A stretch of DNA of 64,000 bases from assembly GCF_016433145.1 (NCBI RefSeq), contig NC_058131.1, forward strand, positions 556,490,736-556,554,735, read 5' to 3'. Source of the DNA: Gracilinanus agilis (lineage: Eukaryota). Made by a program: the position numbers and the translations under genes. Positions 61,701 through 64,000 of this stretch are shown piece by piece (position 1 is the first letter of the stretch; every line of letters begins with the position of its first letter). Under the pieces are notes generated by a model. That model had not been told where the DNA came from. It did no database searches and saw only the letters and a list, made by a program, of their open reading frames with translations.

Positions 61701-63419
61701 CCCAGAAAGGATAGACATAAAACAATTATATAGAAAAGTAGGAAAGCAGGCATTCAAAAAAATATGCCTGAGATAACATACCACAATTATCTATATGCTA
61801 ATTGCCATTCAGAACACCTCAAAATAAAACTTTAAAAATATTAATTCTATCACATTATATTATTACATAGAAGGAAGAGGCAAAGTGTCACTAAATTCAT
61901 TACAAGAGCAGGAATAGGTCCAGCAGCAGAAAACTTTTCCCTAATCATCAAAAGGTAATAAAATACTAATATAATCAACTGATTTCAAAATCATCTTTAT
62001 ATTTTTTATGGATTTCTTGACCAATTTCATCAAAATTATAATTTGGCCTGAACAGTAGATACTTAACAAATACTTATTGACTTAATTGATTGTGTTTGGA
62101 GATCTCAAATCTTCTCCAGGTGACAAAAGTTCTCTTTGGTCTAATCTGGAATAGTACAAGGTAAGTTTATTGGAAAGAACACTGGATTTGGAAGAGACAT
62201 AAATTCGAGTCCTTCTTCAGTCATTTATTGCTTATGTGACCTTGTATAGTACACAAATCTCTGTGAGCCTAAGTTTTGTCATCTATAAAATAGGGGAAAT
62301 AATATTTGAACTACCTGCCTTACAGAATCATTGTGAACAAATAGCTTTCTAAACCTTAACACATCATATACGTGTTAATTATCTTAAGTCCTGTCGTGGG
62401 TTGAACTTAAGTCCAAGATTCCAGATGTAGGTAGTCTTCAGAATGTATCTTAAAGAAAGTAACTACTTCCTTCCAGCAAATGACTTGATCTCCCTTTAAA
62501 TATTTTATTTATCAAGAAAATGTCTGCTCCATGCAGTTTGTGTCCTGCCCTGCTTTACTCGAATTAAATGCACAGTGGAGCTGTGTTTTGTCACTGAACA
62601 GAAGAGAAGCCAGTCTCCTCAAAGACAATTCTTATTACACCGCCTCTGACTTCCTAATCCCATTTATTTCCATATTTATCTGATTTTGGGGTTGTCTTTT
62701 TATTGACTCAGTTTCTCAATCATTAGGCAGTAAATTTCTTTAATCAGATCAAACAACATATAATCACATATGATTAGCAAATTCTCTCCTTAAGGGCTTA
62801 AACAAAAGGGCAAACGGATGTTTGGACATCTGTGTTATCCCTTCAGATGGATTCTCACATGGATTGTCACCAGTGACTCTTGTCTGGAATCCCCTCAGCA
62901 CTATCAATACAGATGGAAGATGTCTATCTTCTCAGGACATTGTGATCAGTGTGTCGAAAGGTAACAGACAACTAGAATTCTGTACAATTTGAGTAGCTTA
63001 CTAGTAAATGCAGTTCAGAAAATTCCCTTTAGGATTTCATAGAAACTCTCATGTATATGGACATTCCATTCCATCCTGCAACTTAATAAAGCTTTTCTTG
63101 ATTCCATGCAACTGCCATGGGAAAAAAATTAGCATTTGAAAGATTCTCTACTTGTACTCCAGTAAAAGGAATATGTATATAACCTTACATGAATTACATC
63201 CATAATATTTCTTCATGCTTAACAATATTTTTAGCATAGTATCTTCCCTATGAGTGCTCCCATTCCTTTAAGAAGTAAGTTTTACCAAGGCCAAAAAAGG
63301 CCAAAGCTATAGGCAACAGCACTCTTCTTTTAAGAAATGTGACTAATTAACAAGCCAGAAAAGCTTAAGGCAAAAATTTAGAAGGAGGGAAGGAGACAGT
63401 ACCTTAGCTCCTTGGTAGT

Positions 63420-63485
63420 TAAATATTAAAAAGCCTAAAAGTGGAGATTTAAATATTAAATATTAAAAAGCCTAAAGTGGAGATT
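63420..63485. repeat. Short tandem duplication of about 30 bp
   Basis: taaatattaaaaagcctaaaagtggagatt (63420-63449), then taaatat, then a second copy one A shorter (63457-63485). Confidence 0.9.
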
Positions 63486-64000
63486 GGAAAGAAGAAAGGA
63501 TGTATACAGAGGACAATATGGTGAGACTGTGCAAGCTCCCTCCACAGACTCTTAGTATATGACCTCAGAGAAATGGGAGATGTTCCCCTCCCCTAATCCC
63601 TGAAAAGTTAAATAAACATACACATAATAGAGGGATGAAGAAGGTAGCCATTTCTCTTCCTAGAGAGCAATAGCTGACTATAGAGCATGAATCTTCACAA
63701 ATGTTGTTGAATAAAAATGGAATCAAGTATAAATAAATATATGTATTCTCTGTCCTGAGCACAAGTCAAAAGTGGCAGAGAAATTATCCAGCTTACCTTG
63801 ATAATGTTTGGCTATTTCTCAGATCCTGTGAACAGCATACTTTCTCCTCCAAACACTCAATTCTTTCTGCTTTCATTGATAGGCTTTTAGGAATAAAATT
63901 ATTTGCCCATTTTATTTAACCTGAGGCATGCAAATGAGGGCCATATTGATCTAAATAGAGAAATCTTCTTCAAATCTGGCTTCTATAAAACTCAAATGTG

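Noticed and set aside
1-64000. tRNA, rRNA, CRISPR or operon-like systems
   Set aside because: Mammalian DNA; tRNA-like boxes occur only in SINE heads, and there is no regularly spaced repeat-spacer array.

Overview
AT-rich marsupial genomic DNA. The young SINE1_Mdo-type SINEs and L1_Mdo-type LINE suggest a didelphid opossum such as Monodelphis. The window covers part of a class II olfactory receptor cluster with four intact single-coding-exon OR family 4 genes, all on the minus strand: two OR4N-like paralogues (9652-10584, 20661-21593), an OR4M1 orthologue (34655-35596) and an OR4H-like gene (56364-57299). As I recall it, this matches the human OR4H-OR4M-OR4N order. The rest is mostly repeats: L1 fragments (several with TSDs, two with 5' inversions), L2, L3, an RTE fragment, MIR/Mar/SINE1 SINEs, two hAT MITEs with perfect 8-bp TSDs, probable solo LTRs, microsatellites and a 528-N gap. 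Three observations stand out. (1) A sharply bounded apparent gene-conversion tract makes the two OR4N genes differ at 1 of 792 nt, versus 25 of 136 nt in their 5' ends. (2) An ungapped 125-bp non-coding block is shared upstream of both OR4N genes and ends at a splice donor. (3) A 79-bp near-perfect inverted duplication is not explained by a transposon. I found no wholly new gene system; the short ORFs in the track are repeat-derived or spurious. All counts were made by eye, and repeat family and gene names are recalled, not searched.
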